The position numbers and the translations under genes are program-made. From Macrostomum hystrix (taxonomy: Eukaryota; Animalia; Platyhelminthes), in NCBI GenBank assembly GCA_950097015.1, contig CATNEN010000011.1, forward strand, positions 4,278,001 to 4,342,000: a DNA stretch of 64,000 nt, in the 5' to 3' direction. Positions 44,701 to 57,996 of this stretch are shown one piece after another. Below the pieces are notes generated by a model. That model was not told where the DNA came from and ran no database searches. It worked only from the letters and a program-made list of their open reading frames with translations. Within the stretch, counting starts at the first letter, position 1. Every line of letters begins with the position of its first letter.

Positions 44701-47700
44701 AAGTTATCATCCAGCAGGATCATGTCCGCTGCCTGTTTGCTCACATCGCTACCCGTGATGCCCATCGCTACGCCAATGTCGGCCTTCTTAAGCGCTGGCG
44801 AGTCGTTCACTCCGTCGCCGGTTACTGCTACAATGTTGCCCAACTTCTGGAAGGCTTCAACAATGATGAGCTTCTGCTGCGGGCTGGTGCGAGCGAATAC
44901 AATTTCTTTGTGATTGCGGATGATGTCAGCCAATTCGTCCGCATTCATGTCCTTCAGCTGGCCACCGTGAACTACCCTGGCCTCTGCATCGGCAGGGTTC
45001 ACTGATTCTACTGGGACTCTCAACTCGTTTGCCAGCATCTCAGGTGTTCGGCTGCCTGCGGAAATGATGCCGACGCTGCGTGCGATGGCCGCTGCCGTGA
45101 TGGGATGATCGCCAGTTACCATGACGACCTGGAGAGAGAGAGAAGTTTGCGATGGGGTTATCTCCGGTTACCATGACAACCTCGAGAGAGAGAAGTTTGC
45201 GATGGGGTTATCTCCGGTTACCATGACGACCTGGAGAGAGAGAGAAGCTTGCGATGGGATAATCACCAGTTAGTATGAAAACCTGGAGAGAGAGAGGGTT
45301 GCGATCGATGGGGTACAGAGAGACACCTAGGCTTCTGGACCTTCAACAGTCGTCACTTATGAGCAAAGTGGACATCCTGTCCTTGGTTATCTCGACGTCC
45401 CTTTTAGGCACCTTTTTCTGTTACGGAAGGCAGTTTATTATAGACCGAATTCTTACGCACCCTGATACCGGCCGTTCGACACTTATCCACCGCGTAAGGC
45501 ACCGCAGCCCTGGGCGGGTCGATCATGCTCATGAGGCCGACAAACCGATAGCCGTTTAGAGGGAAATTTTCCGGATCCGAGCTGTACTTGAAGCTGTCGG
45601 CAAATTTTTCAGCCGACAGACGCAAATCGCAGAAACCGAGCACCCGCTCGCCCATGCTTCCTAGATCTTCATAGGCTGTTTGAAATTTCGACTTCCACTC
45701 GTCGTTTAAAGACTCTTCCTTGCCGTTAACTAGGATGCTGGAGCAGCGATCCAGGATTCGTTCGGGTGCGCCCTTCATAACACACAGGTGCCGGGCATCA
45801 CTATCCAACTGCACTGTTCGATGAACCGATACCTTGGGGAGGTATTTTTTCATGTTTTCAATGGTTGTGAAAGGTATCAGAGGGACAGGTATCAGAGGGA
45901 CAGGTATCAGAGGGACAGGTATCAGAGGGACAGGTATCAGAGGGACAGGTATCAGAGGGACAGGTATCAGAGGGACAGGTATCAGAGGGACAGGTATCAG
46001 AGGGACAGGTATCAGAGGGACAGGTATCAGAGGGACAGGTATCAGAGGGACAGGTATCAGAGGGACAGGTATCAGAGGGACAGGTATCATAGGAACTTCG
46101 TACCTGAAACTTATTCACCGAATTGAAGGGTATCTCTGCAAGCTTGGGACAGACCTCTCTGGCAGCGGCCACTGAGGCAATATTGCTGGGCAGGTTGAGC
46201 TCAGCGCACTTCAACAAAGCCGTCTCGGAAGCGTCACCATTGACTCGACGTCGCAGAACGGGATGTGACTCTTCGTTGGCCTCAAATTTCGCTCGATTGC
46301 AGAGCATGGCAACACGAACTGGTCGGTAGGTAGTTTTTTGAGAAAGAGGGTATTTTAAGCGCAAAAGTACATTTTACTATCATTTTTTCATTAAGGAGCA
46401 AAAAAACTGCATAAAAATGCTTTCACTAAAGTCGGAAAACACATGCATTTTGAACTGATAAGCAAGTCATGTGGCATTCGAGCCAGGAAGTCTCAAATAA
46501 CGCACACAACGATTTGCAGGTTTCATCGTTAACGTCAAAGTCCTGACCGACGCTTTGGTTCTCCGTGGTGTCAACGTTAAACACGCGACCAGAGTACCAC
46601 AGGTGAGCCACAGTCATGCGGTTTTGAGTTAATGTGCCTGTAATGAGAGGAAAACAACAAAAAGGTAAGTTGCCAATTAAATCAATCCGATTTGACTATG
46701 CTAACAGGAATATTTAGTCACAAAGAAGTGCATAGAGCTTATAATAAACATATTTGCAGGAGGGCTGTTGGCACAACATGAGAAGACACGACAGAAGTGC
46801 ACTACAAGCCCCCAAGCCTTCTTTCCGCGGCTGCGGTCAAAGTGCATGTGGCCTATTCGCGGAGTCGAGCTCAGGGACCTTGGTGCGAGAGGCAAACGCG
46901 TTAGACCGCTCAGCCACTCACCCCCTGCGTAGAGCTTACCAGTTTTGTCCGAACAGATGACAGTTGTCGACCCGAGCGTCTCCACAGCTTCCAGGTTCTT
47001 TACCAGACAGTTTTTGACAGCCATCTGCTTGGCAGTTAGGGTCAGGCATAAGGTTACAGTGACCAACAGCCCCTCCGGTACGTTGGCGACAATAATACCG
47101 ATTAGAAATAGAATTGACTCAATCCAGGTGTAGCCAAAGATCATTGAGATGGTAAAGAACACGAGGCCGGTAACCACGGACACGGCGGTGATGATTCGCA
47201 CGAAGTAGTCAATCTCCCTGGCGATGGGAGTTTTGCCAGTGTCCAGGCCACTAGTCAAATTGGCGATGCGTCCCATGACGGTGTTGTCGCCGGTGAAGGT
47301 CACCACTCCGATGGCCTCTCCTTCGAGAACGTTAGTGGAAAAGAAGGCCAAATTTCTTGTCTCCAGAGGGTTCTCGTGGGTGAATTCTGGCGATCGAGGC
47401 TGTGGCTCACTCTCGCCTGTCAGGCAGGAGTTGTCCACCTTGCAGTTCTTGCAGCTGAGGATGCGGATGTCTGCGGGCATTCTGTCACCGGCCTGCACCC
47501 TGATGACGTCACCAACCACGAGATTAACAGCGGGTATACTCTGCTCTACGCCGCTGCGAATGACTCGAGCGAACTGCGGCACCATCTTCTTGAAGCTGTC
47601 CATGATGGACTCGGATTTAGACTCTTGATAGAATGAGAAGCATCCGGTGAGCAGGTTGACCACGGCCAGCACAATGCCTAGGATCAGCTGCTCAATCTGG

Positions 47701-49254
47701 GCGTATTTCCCATTTTTGCCCCAGTCGATGATGTACGCGGTGATGCACAGCAAGGAGGCAATCCAAAGCAGAATGGCGAACATGTTGGTCATGCAGCGGA
47801 ATAAACGCAGCCAGGTAGGCGTTGTCGCTGGCGGCGTGAGCTCATTCGAGCCGTAGAGCTCCAGCCGACGCTCAGCTTCGGATTCTTCCAGGCCGCTCGC
47901 TGCGTTGGTGCCGAGTCTCTGAAAATGTAGTCCGAAGGCTTACTCATGTTTTCTAGGAATTTTATAGCTGGTATTCCAAATACCCACTGCATACTCCAAA
48001 ACCAAGTGACCGACTTTTGTGAAAGTCCACCATATGAACCAAGGTTTTCCACCCTTTACGATGAACTAACTTTCTAAAACGCCAGCATCGTTGCGATATT
48101 CAGTGATTCTTGTCGAAGACCCTTGACGAGGACAACTAATATCAAAGAAATAATTTAATAAACCTGCTCGATTGCGCTACCTGTGCAGCCGACCACAGCC
48201 GCAGTGTGGTGCATAGTTAACTGCTACACTTGAGTTGGGAATCGAACCCCCTACCTTCAAGTTGTGAGTCTGATGCTCTAAGTCTAACCGCTAGGGCTCG
48301 GTTAAGCCATTTGCTAGTAATATAATAAGGGCGTATTCTTTTCAGGAGGCAATAAATATTGGAGGAGCGCTGTCAATCTTTCATCCTGGTTCCGCCATAA
48401 ACTCAGTGATGTACTTCTTTTATCCAAAATACAACGGAGTAGATTTGCTAAGTACAATTAGTCCCTCTCAAAATTTTATCCCTTCCCCAACATTAAAAAT
48501 AACCAGGCACACTTATTGTATCTGTAGCGAAAATGGGTACAATACATTGTTATGTTTTGCAAAGAAAGTTAGAGACCGACACATACCCTACTGTTACTCG
48601 TTATCAGCTTTACTTTCTTTAAAAAACTTTAAATGTTTCAAATCATAGTCCAGAGGACTTCCCTGATAGCGGTCGAAAGTTAATGGTCTAGTTTTCGGTA
48701 ATTGGTTAAGAGGATAAACTTCTACTAGAAATTTCAGTTACAGAGTAACAGCTGACAATGACCTGAAAACTAAAGAACTGGTCAGAGCGATTCGACACAA
48801 GTACTGCGCTGGTTAGACAACAATTTCACGTGCAACTTCACACTGGACTTGTAGAGTATTGAGAGATTTGGAACAGTCAGTAAACCAAAGACAATAAATT
48901 TGAATGCTGTGTGATTCTTACCTGTAATAGCTCGTCAACTGGCACCTTGTGATCGTCTATCTCAATCTCTTTTTTGAGCTCGCTGAGGTCCTTCTCCTTC
49001 CGCATGACGTCAGTGTTGTTCAAGTTGTACGGCACATCGTTGCTGTAGTCGCAAGCCGGCCGGGCGACAGGACAGATCAGGTGTTGCCACCAATCAGCAA
49101 CGGAGGACCAGGACAAGGACCAAGCACTGCCGCGAGCTTTGGCCTCGCGTTTCTGCTGAGCGTAGCGATACTCGCGTAGTATTACGTTGGAGGATGCGAG
49201 CGGGCCCTCAGACCGTCGCCCGGTAGTCCGATTCAGTGGCATTTTTCTACTCAA
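41703..49254 (-). CDS. ATP1A: Na+/K+-ATPase alpha-type P2C ATPase; exons 48922..49254, 46940..47918, 46506..46637, 46104..46318, 45461..45832, 44672..45128, 43431..43979, 41703..41935; about 1089 aa
   Basis: [19 protein letters not shown]|[64 protein letters not shown]-terminal ERETYY. Splice phases are consistent; 3270 nt total. Confidence 0.95.
42762..43115 (-). mobile_element. SINE family A (ATPase last intron)
   Basis: Same body and tail. Confidence 0.8.
45129..45330 (-). repeat. Tandem 50-52-bp duplications of a splice acceptor plus exon start (3-4 units)
   Basis: Units CTCTCTCTCCAG|GTCGTCATGGTAAC.GG.GAT.A.CCCATCG repeat at 45128/9, 45180/1, 45230/1 and 45282/3. Confidence 0.9.
45872..46088. 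repeat. 15-bp intronic minisatellite (GGTATCAGAGGGACA) x about 14
   Basis: Read directly; lies inside ATPase intron 45833..46103. Confidence 0.95.
46753..46924 (-). mobile_element. SINE family A, internally deleted (head joined to tail)
   Basis: Clearest tRNA-like head: GGTGAGTGGCTGAGCGGTCTAACGCG...GAGCTCGACTCC, joined to CAGCCCTCCTGCAAAT. Confidence 0.75.
47960..48140 (-). mobile_element. Partial MITE-like copy (right arm)
   Basis: Reverse complement GTCTTCGACAAGAATCACTGAATATCGCAACGATGCTGG...GCAGTGGGTATTTGGAATACC matches 7316-7485. Confidence 0.7.
48181..48300 (-). mobile_element. SINE family B, internally deleted
   Basis: Reverse complement CCCTAGCGGTTAG...GGGGTTCGATTCCC head joined to TGCGGCTGTGGTCGGCTGCACAG, as at the 25249-25536 ends. 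Confidence 0.6.
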
Positions 49255-51130
49255 CTGACTTAACGGATGTGTTGTGCTGGCTACTGGGTGTGTTAAAATA
49301 TATGGGCTAGCCTAATGACCCATGGTACGGGCTTAATCAAGTTAGTGACAAAATTGCAATCTGGAAATTGAAGCTTTTAGCTGTATACTGACTTTGGCCA
49401 TAGACAAAACTTATCAACTTATTAACACTTGTAGTGCTTTGAGGTACTTTTATTGCGCTTTCTATTCCTCCGTTGAAAACATAGATTTTCTGAATTCTCG
49501 ACCTGAAAGTGCACGGAAGATAAAATCAAGATGAATCATTATGCGAACGAATTAGATATTTGCCTAAGGTCAGTAATTATACATAGACTTCATAAGAGCA
49601 TCGGTCGCAATGAGCGCAATGATTCGTACACTGAGAGTAAACAGACTTTATTTGTCTAGCATAACCTCCAGTGAAATCGATGCCGCGTCACTGCAGACGC
49701 AGTGTGTGGGGATGCTTGATTCAAACAAAATATACTAAATTGGCATGTTTGCCGATCAATCAGTAAGCGAGGGTCACTTCTGACTGCCGATACAGCAGGG
49801 GCTGCAGAGAATGAGTTGAGCTTTTTTCTTTCTTGAATGACAGATTGAGTCGAAGTTTGAGCATTCTCTCTGCCTGGCAAGCTTCTCGCTTTAGATTTTA
49901 CAGTCATTTGGCTTGTCAGATTGGTGAATAAATCATTTCATTTCGGACTATAAAACATAGACTCATACGAAATTAATGAAAATTGCTAGCCTAAAAAAGT
50001 GGCTAAACAAAGAAAAAATGCTAATTCCGCCAGCCGATGCGGTCAAAAGCCGCTGATTTTGATTGATAAGTCGGGGTCAGAAATTATGATAAACAGATGC
50101 ATGAGCGACTTGCGTGGCTGCGGCTGATGCAACGGAGTCTGGGCCCGTCTGGCAAATTAAAATTGCAAAAAAGGCCACAAGCCCAGCCTGACAAAGAAGA
50201 AGCACAGAGAGAAGAAAAATTATGTTGCCCCAATACCATCGAACCAGCAGTCTAGAAGCAGCAGCAGCAGCAGTACTTTTCTGAGCTGCTTTCTATCTGT
50301 GCTGCTTTCTTTCACTCGCTCTGTAGCTGTACCCCGCAATACGCAGGCCCCACAAACTCGTGTGGTTCAAATCCCGATGGGAATTTCACTGCAGTGCTCT
50401 GCTGCCCCTCCCATTGCTCTGAGGTTCTACCCCGCTCTCTCTCTCTCCCTCTCCCCGATGAGTTGGTGTAGGAAGAGCTCAGTAATTTCCCCCCTTTAGA
50501 CTCGTAGCCACCTAGGCGCGGCTATCTGGCTCTTCATCTTGCTTTCTCGAACTTTTTTCTTCAAGCCCGACTCGCAGCCAGGCAGACATGTGGGCCAGTT
50601 CGTCCACAATGTGTCGCCTGCATTTTGCCCGTTAATATCTCAGACTAAAAGCTGCGAAAACGCAATGAGGCCGCAAATTTGTTCTCCGTCTGTCGGTCTG
50701 TCTCTCGTCTCCTGCATTGTGGCCTGAAATCAAACAAGGCTCCACATGCAACAGAGAGGTACAGAATAAACCATATTTGAGTATGAGTAGGCCCGACTAA
50801 ATCAATTGCGCAAAGAATATATATAAAGTACAGATTGCAACATCTACTTGTTGAACATATTTGAAGCCATTGGCACAGCCGCAGCTAATACGAAAGGTGC
50901 GTCCAGCTGTCAGTCCGTGGACTGTGGGAGCCGCCACACCTACTAAAATTAGCAGCAGCAGGAAACTATGTGTTGCTTAAGGACACAAATTTTGTTCCAA
51001 AGGCTGAGATTCAAACTCCCAACCTCTAACCACGATAGCGGAGAAACTTTCAAGTGGAAATCGAAACGTTTAATTAAATAATTAATTAAATAAAATAGAG
51101 CCAGATTTTGAAACTCTAAAAATTATCTTA

Positions 51131-52314
51131 GAACCTTGACCAACAAGCGTGACAGATGTACAGTTAAATCATGTGCTACCCCCAGAACCTTGACCAACAA
51201 GTGTGACAGATATACAGTTAAATCATGTGCTACCCCCAGAACCTTGACCAACAAGCGTGACAGATGTACAGTTAAATCATGTGCTACCCCCAGAACCTTG
51301 ACCAACAAGCGTGACAGATATACAGTTAAATCATGTGCTACCCCCAGAACCTTGACCAACAAGCGTGACAGATATACAGTTAAATCATGTGCTACCCCCA
51401 GAACCTTGACCAACAAGCGTGACAGATATACAGTTAAATCATGTGCTACCCCCAGAACCTTGACCAACAAGCGTGACAGATATACAGTTAAATCATGTGC
51501 TACCCCCAGAACCTTGACCAACAAGCGTGACAGATATACAGTTAAATCATGTGCTACCCCCAGAACCTTGACCAACAAGTGTGACAGATATACAGTTAAA
51601 TCATGTGCTACCCCCAGAACCTTGACCAACAAGTGTGACAGATATACAGTTAAATCATGTGCTACCCCCAGAACCTTGACCAACAAGCGTGACAGATATA
51701 CAGTTAAATCATGTGCTACCCCCAGAACCTTGACCAACAAGCGTGACAGATATACAGTTAAATCATGTGCTACCCCCAGAACCTTGACCAACAAGTGTGA
51801 CAGATATACAGTTAAATCATGTGCTACCCCCAGAACCTTGACCAACAAGTGTGACAGATATACAGTTAAATCATGTGCTACCCCCAGAACCTTGACCAAC
51901 AAGCGTGACAGATATACAGTTAAATCATGTGCTACCCCCAGAACCTTGACCAACAAGCGTGACAGATATACAGTTAAATCATGTGCTACCCCCAGAACCT
52001 TGACCAACAAGCGTGACAGATATACAGTTAAATCATGTGCTACCCCCAGAACCTTGACCAACAAGTGTGACAGATATACAGTTAAATCATGTGCTACCCC
52101 CAGAACCTTGACCAACAAGTGTGACAGATATACAGTTAAATCATGTGCTACCCCCAGAACCTTGACCAACAAGCGTGACAGATATACAGTTAAATCATGT
52201 GCTACCCCCAGAACCTTGACCAACAAGCGTGACAGATATACAGTTAAATCATGTGCTACCCCCAGAACCTTGACCAACAAGCGTGACAGATATACAGTTA
52301 AATCATGTGCTACC
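51131..52314. repeat. 54-bp minisatellite (AGAACCTTGACCAACAAGCGTGACAGATATACAGTTAAATCATGTGCTACCCCC), about 22 near-identical units
   Basis: Read directly. Confidence 0.95.
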
Positions 52315-55300
52315 TACCCCCAGTAAAAAAAACTAAGACCAAAGCACGTCTGTCTGGCTCATATCCTATGTGCAGCTGCCGCCGCCAATGCAGCTGCTGC
52401 TAATGCTACTTTACAAGACTGCTACCGTACTGGTCCCAACCGTAACTGACCAATCCGCATTGAGTGACCCGCTGCCTGCAAACCCTGCCCGCGTATATTA
52501 GCCAGAATGCCCACACGCCTCAAATCCCCAAAAATCCCTATTGGCTGAGTATTGCTTATCAAATTCAGCGTAACAAGTTCTCAAGAAAGCTTTAAATAGG
52601 CTGCTCACTTGACCTAAAAGTGTTTGGCTACTTCTTCTTGCCTGCTGCAATGTGAGAATGAGGCCAATCGCGCTTGCTGTATCCGAAAACCTGAATTGAC
52701 ATCAGTTATTTCAATGAGTGAGTCTTCCGGCATTTCAAAAGTACTTTGTAACTCGGGCGACTGGTGTGTCACATACCGGTAAGTTTGAGACAATCTCTTT
52801 AACGTCATCAAAGTTAATTTTTTATGTTAATGTACAGTGGTGTATAAATTTTCTACTCTATGCAGTGGACGACAAAAATTAGCTTATAATGAGACAGCCG
52901 ATCCCATGAACATGAAAAAGTTGCCTAATATGCCTGCTTTATAAATAAAAGGAAAAAACCCACAAAATAACGTGGTTTTACCCGTTCAGCCATTCTAAGC
53001 TATACTGTTCATGACTAGACTATTGACGGATTTGGGTTGGGTTATAGGAAGGCTTCTCTAGCAACAAGTTAACTAGAATTTCGTCTTCAAAATCCGCTTA
53101 CATCAACCAGCTGTCAGCTACAACCGCAGTCAGGATAGAATAAAATTTTGACACGGTCACATACGAGCCATTGATAAGTAGACAAGAGCTGAAATGTAAT
53201 GCGATGTTCTGACATTCCGCTATTCATGCTTAAGTTTTCTCTGAATAGCTCAGATTCGTACAAAATTTCAAGTCTTGTATGGGGTTCCAATAACATTAGA
53301 CAAGGGGTGCTCACGCGAGGCTTAACTTGCTATATATTCGTGAGACCAAATTCAGTACAGTAAGACTGATTTCCGATTTTAGCGAGGCTCACTGAAAGAA
53401 AAATCCCAAAAGTAAAACTGAGTTATTCTTCCCAGGGCCTAAAATTTGCTACCACAGCAACTTGCGCAGGGGATATGGTCGTGGGGGGAGCTTGTTCTGT
53501 ATCCATGCACGCGCTGGCTTCCCATCAAACTGGAGTTGCGACGCCCTAACGTGCGACCCCTCCGCGCGGTGCCTTTTGATCTTCCTTCTCTGGTCCTGCA
53601 TAAAATCTTGCAGATCTCTCTCCCAATGCGGAGTATCAGATTTCACCCCTTAGCACCAAAAGCTTCCTAGGTAATGTAGTTGCCAACCACAGTGACCAAA
53701 TAACAGATTCCTCACCTCTCTGGACTTGGCGTTGTTAGCGCCCATAAAACACCCATACAGGCACCGCACTTCTATGCGTGTGCTCACCTGTAGACCAGTT
53801 AGCTACTCAGAGAGGGGGGTGGAATCAACGCTGGCGATAAACAGTCAAAAAATCCCCTGTGATGAGAATAAACCCTTGTTGTTCTGTAAGGGAAACGTGC
53901 CAGTGAATGTCGCAGGATTCCTAAATCCTTTTGACATCTGAGATCCAGTGCATGGCTGATCGCAGTGCCATGCCCCGCCAGTCTACAGTGAGGCAGTGAA
54001 GCGGTCGCACCTTAACTCATGCGTCAAAAGAAAAAGTAATCGGTCTGTCTCAAGGGCACAGGTTACCTAAAAGGGTGAGAAATATGCTCTTAATTCAAAC
54101 TTCAACAACAAAAAATGTTTCGTCCTTTCATTTGAATTATCTCTCGTATTATCGATTCTCTCGTAGTTGCTCGCATTGGTTTCAAAAATGTCTCATCAAT
54201 CTTGCCAAGAGAGGTGGCAAAAATGATAATAGCAATAATTGATCAAATTATTTCGCGGCGCATTTGAAAGTTGCGTGCGACTGTTCAGTCCATAGACTGG
54301 TGGGGGATGCCACACATACTAAAAGCCCCTTTAAAGAAAAAAAGGAGATAAAAGTATGCACTGTATTGCGCGTGCCTGGTTGATGTTTTTTTAGTTTAGA
54401 TGTGAATTTAAACTGCAGCAACAGCATTTCCGTGAGCGCCACACACGTGTACTGAATCACTTTGAGCATAGACTTGCTAGCTACTGCTGCTGCTGCTAAA
54501 TAGCCCAACATCTGCGAGGTGCACACTCAGTGAACTGACTCAAGAGCACTAGACAGTACCCACAATGTTTTCCTCTTTTGCTTGCTGTCTCTCGCCTCCC
54601 AAACAAATCCTGGCAAAAAAATGACGCCTCCGCCCCTGTGCCTCCACCCCTGTGTGAAACAGCTGCAGGCAGTCCACTTCAATTCCAACTCGCCAACCCT
54701 TCAGCCAATGCTCAAGCTGTTCCTCCGTCTCGCCTGCATCAACCGAGACCTGCGTGCGTCCCTTTAGGCGAGATTGTGTGTGAGGCCTTGAAAGATGTCT
54801 GTGCTGACTGCTGACAGGAAGCTTGGTTAGAGAAGGCTTGAGAGGTTATCCGTCTGTTGTTACAGCAATGCTTAGGCCTCCAGAAACCCCATGTCAATGA
54901 GGAACCTGCTGGGAAATCCGTGATAGGAGAACCGGAAGGAACCAACAAGGCGATGGACAAATCGGTAGTGGATCTTCTGTGGCGCAAAAAGGATGTTAAA
55001 ACTGCTCAAAACAATGAATCGATGCAAAACAAGTTCAATGCGCTTCGACAGGAGCGAAGAGAGTAGGAGACTCTCTAGGTAGAGAAAGCTATGCGAGTGA
55101 AGTCATTTCCTTATTGACGACTCCAGCTTTGTGTTTTCTATTTTTCAAGACAGTTTTGTGTCATAGATTTCAGGAAATCTGACTTTCGTCTTTAAAATAC
55201 CCCGGTATCCTCAAATCCACTAAGCGTCTTTTGATTTTAAAGGATTTGATTTCCTTTATTGGACAGCCTTTCCTGTGACTCGACCCCAAATCAGTTGCTT

Positions 55301-55828
55301 ATTGACCGTATCGTTTAGTCCTGATTATTTAGATAAACTCAGCAGTTTTCAAGGTCGCGTAGGGGTAAAAAAATACGGCTTCACTTCCTGATAAATAGCA
55401 ACAATATGAACAGATGGCTCGAAGGTGATCGTGATTTCATCAGCCAGAGCAATCACTTAGAGATTGTAGGAGCAGATTTAAACTGAAGCTTAATTTACAA
55501 ATTACATACAAAGATATTTAAAACCTTGTTTTAATAACATTTATCGAATCGGTTTTTTCTTGGAATTGTAACTAATGAGACCAACAAAAACTTTTTCTCA
55601 GACGCTACAGTATACGATGGTGTATATATTAGTCTCAAGTGTTAACTCCTGACCTTTTTTATTCTAGCTTAATTGGGATTTTACTATGGCCTTATTTAGA
55701 TAGTTAAGGAAAGTTCTGATAATCATTTTTTTTTCATTTTTACTTCTCCAAATAAAATTTCGCTAAAATCATCCATAACGGGATAACAGGATAAAGTCTT
55801 CTGAATGTATGATTTTTAGATATAGTTG

Positions 55829-57996
55829 TTCAGGACAGGATGTTGGACAGAATGTAGGTGCTCATGACAGAATGTTGATATTCAGGACAGAATTTAGGTG
55901 CTCAGGACAGGATGTAGGTGTTCAGGACAGGGTGTAGGTGTTCAGGACAGGATGTAAGTGTTCAGGACAGGATGTAAGTGTTCAGGACAGGTTGTAGGTG
56001 TTCAGGACAGGGTGTAGGTGTTCAGGACAGGATGTAGGTGTTCAGGACAGGATGTAGGTGTTCAGGACAGGGTGTAGGTGTTCAGGATAGGATGTAGGTG
56101 TTCAGGACAGGATGTAGGTGTTCAGGACAGGGTGTAGGTGTTCAGGACAGGATGTAGGTGTTCAGGACAGGGTGTAGGTGTTCAGGACAGGATGTAGGTG
56201 TTCAGGATAGGATGTAGGTGTTCAGGACAGGATGTAGGTGTTCAGGACAGGGTGTAGGTGTTCAGGACAGGATGTAGTTGCTCAGGACAGGATGCAGGTG
56301 TTCAGGAGAGGATGTAGGTGCTCAGGACAGGATGTAGGTGCTCAGGACAGGATGTAGGTGTTCAGGACAGGATGTAGGTGTTCAGGATAGGATGTAGGTG
56401 TTCAGGACAGGATGTAGGTGTTCAGGACAAGATGTAGGTGTTCAGGACAGGATATAGGTGTTCAGGATAGGATGTAGGTGTTCAGGACAAGATGTAGGTG
56501 TTCAGGACAGGATATAGGTGTTCAGGACAGGATGTAGTTGCTCAGGACAGGATGCAGGTGTTCAGGAGAGGATGTAGGTGTTCAGGACAGAATCTAGGTG
56601 TTCAGGACAGGATGTAGGTGCTCAGGACAGGATGTAGGTGCTCAGGACAGGATGTAGGTGTTCAGGACAGGATGTAGGTGTTCAGGACAAGATGTAGGTG
56701 TTCAGGTCAGGATGTAGGTGCTCATGACAGAATGTTGATATTCAGGAGAGGATGTAGGTGTTCAGGAGAGGATGTAGGTGTTCAGGACAGGATGTAGGTG
56801 CTCAGGACAGGATGAACGTGTTCAGGACAGGATGTAGGTGTTCAGGACAGGATGTAGGTGTTCAGGACAGGATGTAGGTGTTCAGGACAGGATGTAGTTG
56901 CTCAGGACAGGATGCAGGTGTTCAGGACAGGATGTAGGTGTTCAGGATAGGATGTAGGTGTTCAGGATAGGATGTAGGTGTTCAGAATAGGATGTAGGTG
57001 TTCAGGACAAGATGTAGGTGTTCAGGACAGGATATAGGTGTTCAGGATAGGATGTAGGTGTTCAGGACAAGATGTAGGTGTTCAGGACAGGATATAGGTG
57101 TTCAGGACAGGATGTAGTTGCTCAGGACAGGATGCAGGTGTTCAGGAGAGGATGTAGGTGTTCAGGACAGAATCTAGGTGTTCAGGACAGGATGTAGGTG
57201 CTCAGGACAGGATGTAGGTGCTCAGGACAGGATGTAGGTGTTCAGGACAGGATGTAGGTGTTCAGGACAAGATGTAGGTGTTCAGGTCAGGATGTAGGTG
57301 CTCATGACAGAATGTTGATATTCAGGAGAGGATGTAGGTGTTCAGGAGAGGATGTAGGTGTTCAGGACAGGATGTAGGTGCTCAGGACAGGATGAACGTG
57401 TTCAGGACAGGATGTAGGTGTTCAGGACAGGATGTAGGTGTTCAGGACAGGATGTAGGTGTTCAGGACAGGATGTAGTTGCTCAGGACAGGATGCAGGTG
57501 TTCAGGACAGGATGTAGGTGTTCAGGATAGGATGTAGGTGTTCAGGATAGGATGTAGGTGTTCAGAATAGGATGTAGGTGTTCAGGATAGGATGTAGGTG
57601 TTTAGGACAGGATGTAGGTGTTCAGGACAGGATGTAGGTGTTCAGGACAGGATATAGGTGTTCAGGACAGGATGTAGGTGTTCAGGACAAGATGTAGGTG
57701 TTCAGGACAGGATATAGGTGTTCAGGACAGGATTTAGTTGCTCAGGACAGGATGCAGGTGTTCAGGAGAGGATGTAGGTGCTCAGGACAGGATGTAGGTG
57801 CTCAGGACAGGATGTAGGTGTTCAGGACAGGATGTAGGTGTTCAGGATAGGATGTAGGTGTTCAGGACAGGATGTAGGTGTTCAGGACAGGATGTAGGTG
57901 TTCAGGATAGGATGTAGGTGTTCAGGAGAGGATGTAGGTGTTCAGGACAGGATGTAGGTGCTCAGGACAGGATGAACGTGTTTAGGACAGGATGTA
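55829..57996. repeat. 20-bp minisatellite (TTCAGGACAGGATGTAGGTG), about 108 units, with a 580-bp higher-order duplication
   Basis: Read directly; rare variants recur exactly 580 bp apart. Confidence 0.95.

Noticed and set aside
45404-46364. IPVPL, DTCPS, YQRDR and GIRGT repeat peptides as part of the ATPase
   Set aside because: They lie in a 271-bp GT-AG intron whose removal restores NKFQ|VSVH.
51123-52326. 385-aa and 396-aa ORFs
   Set aside because: Pure 18-aa repeats from the 54-bp satellite with no unique domains.
53400-55080. Short coding-looking ORFs (53449..53646, 54578..54814, 54857..55066)
   Set aside because: No recognisable motif or consistent splice model; possibly decayed element sequence, needs blastx.
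3058-57996. Tandem arrays as CRISPR arrays
   Set aside because: Units are contiguous with no unique spacers, there are no cas genes, and the context is eukaryotic.
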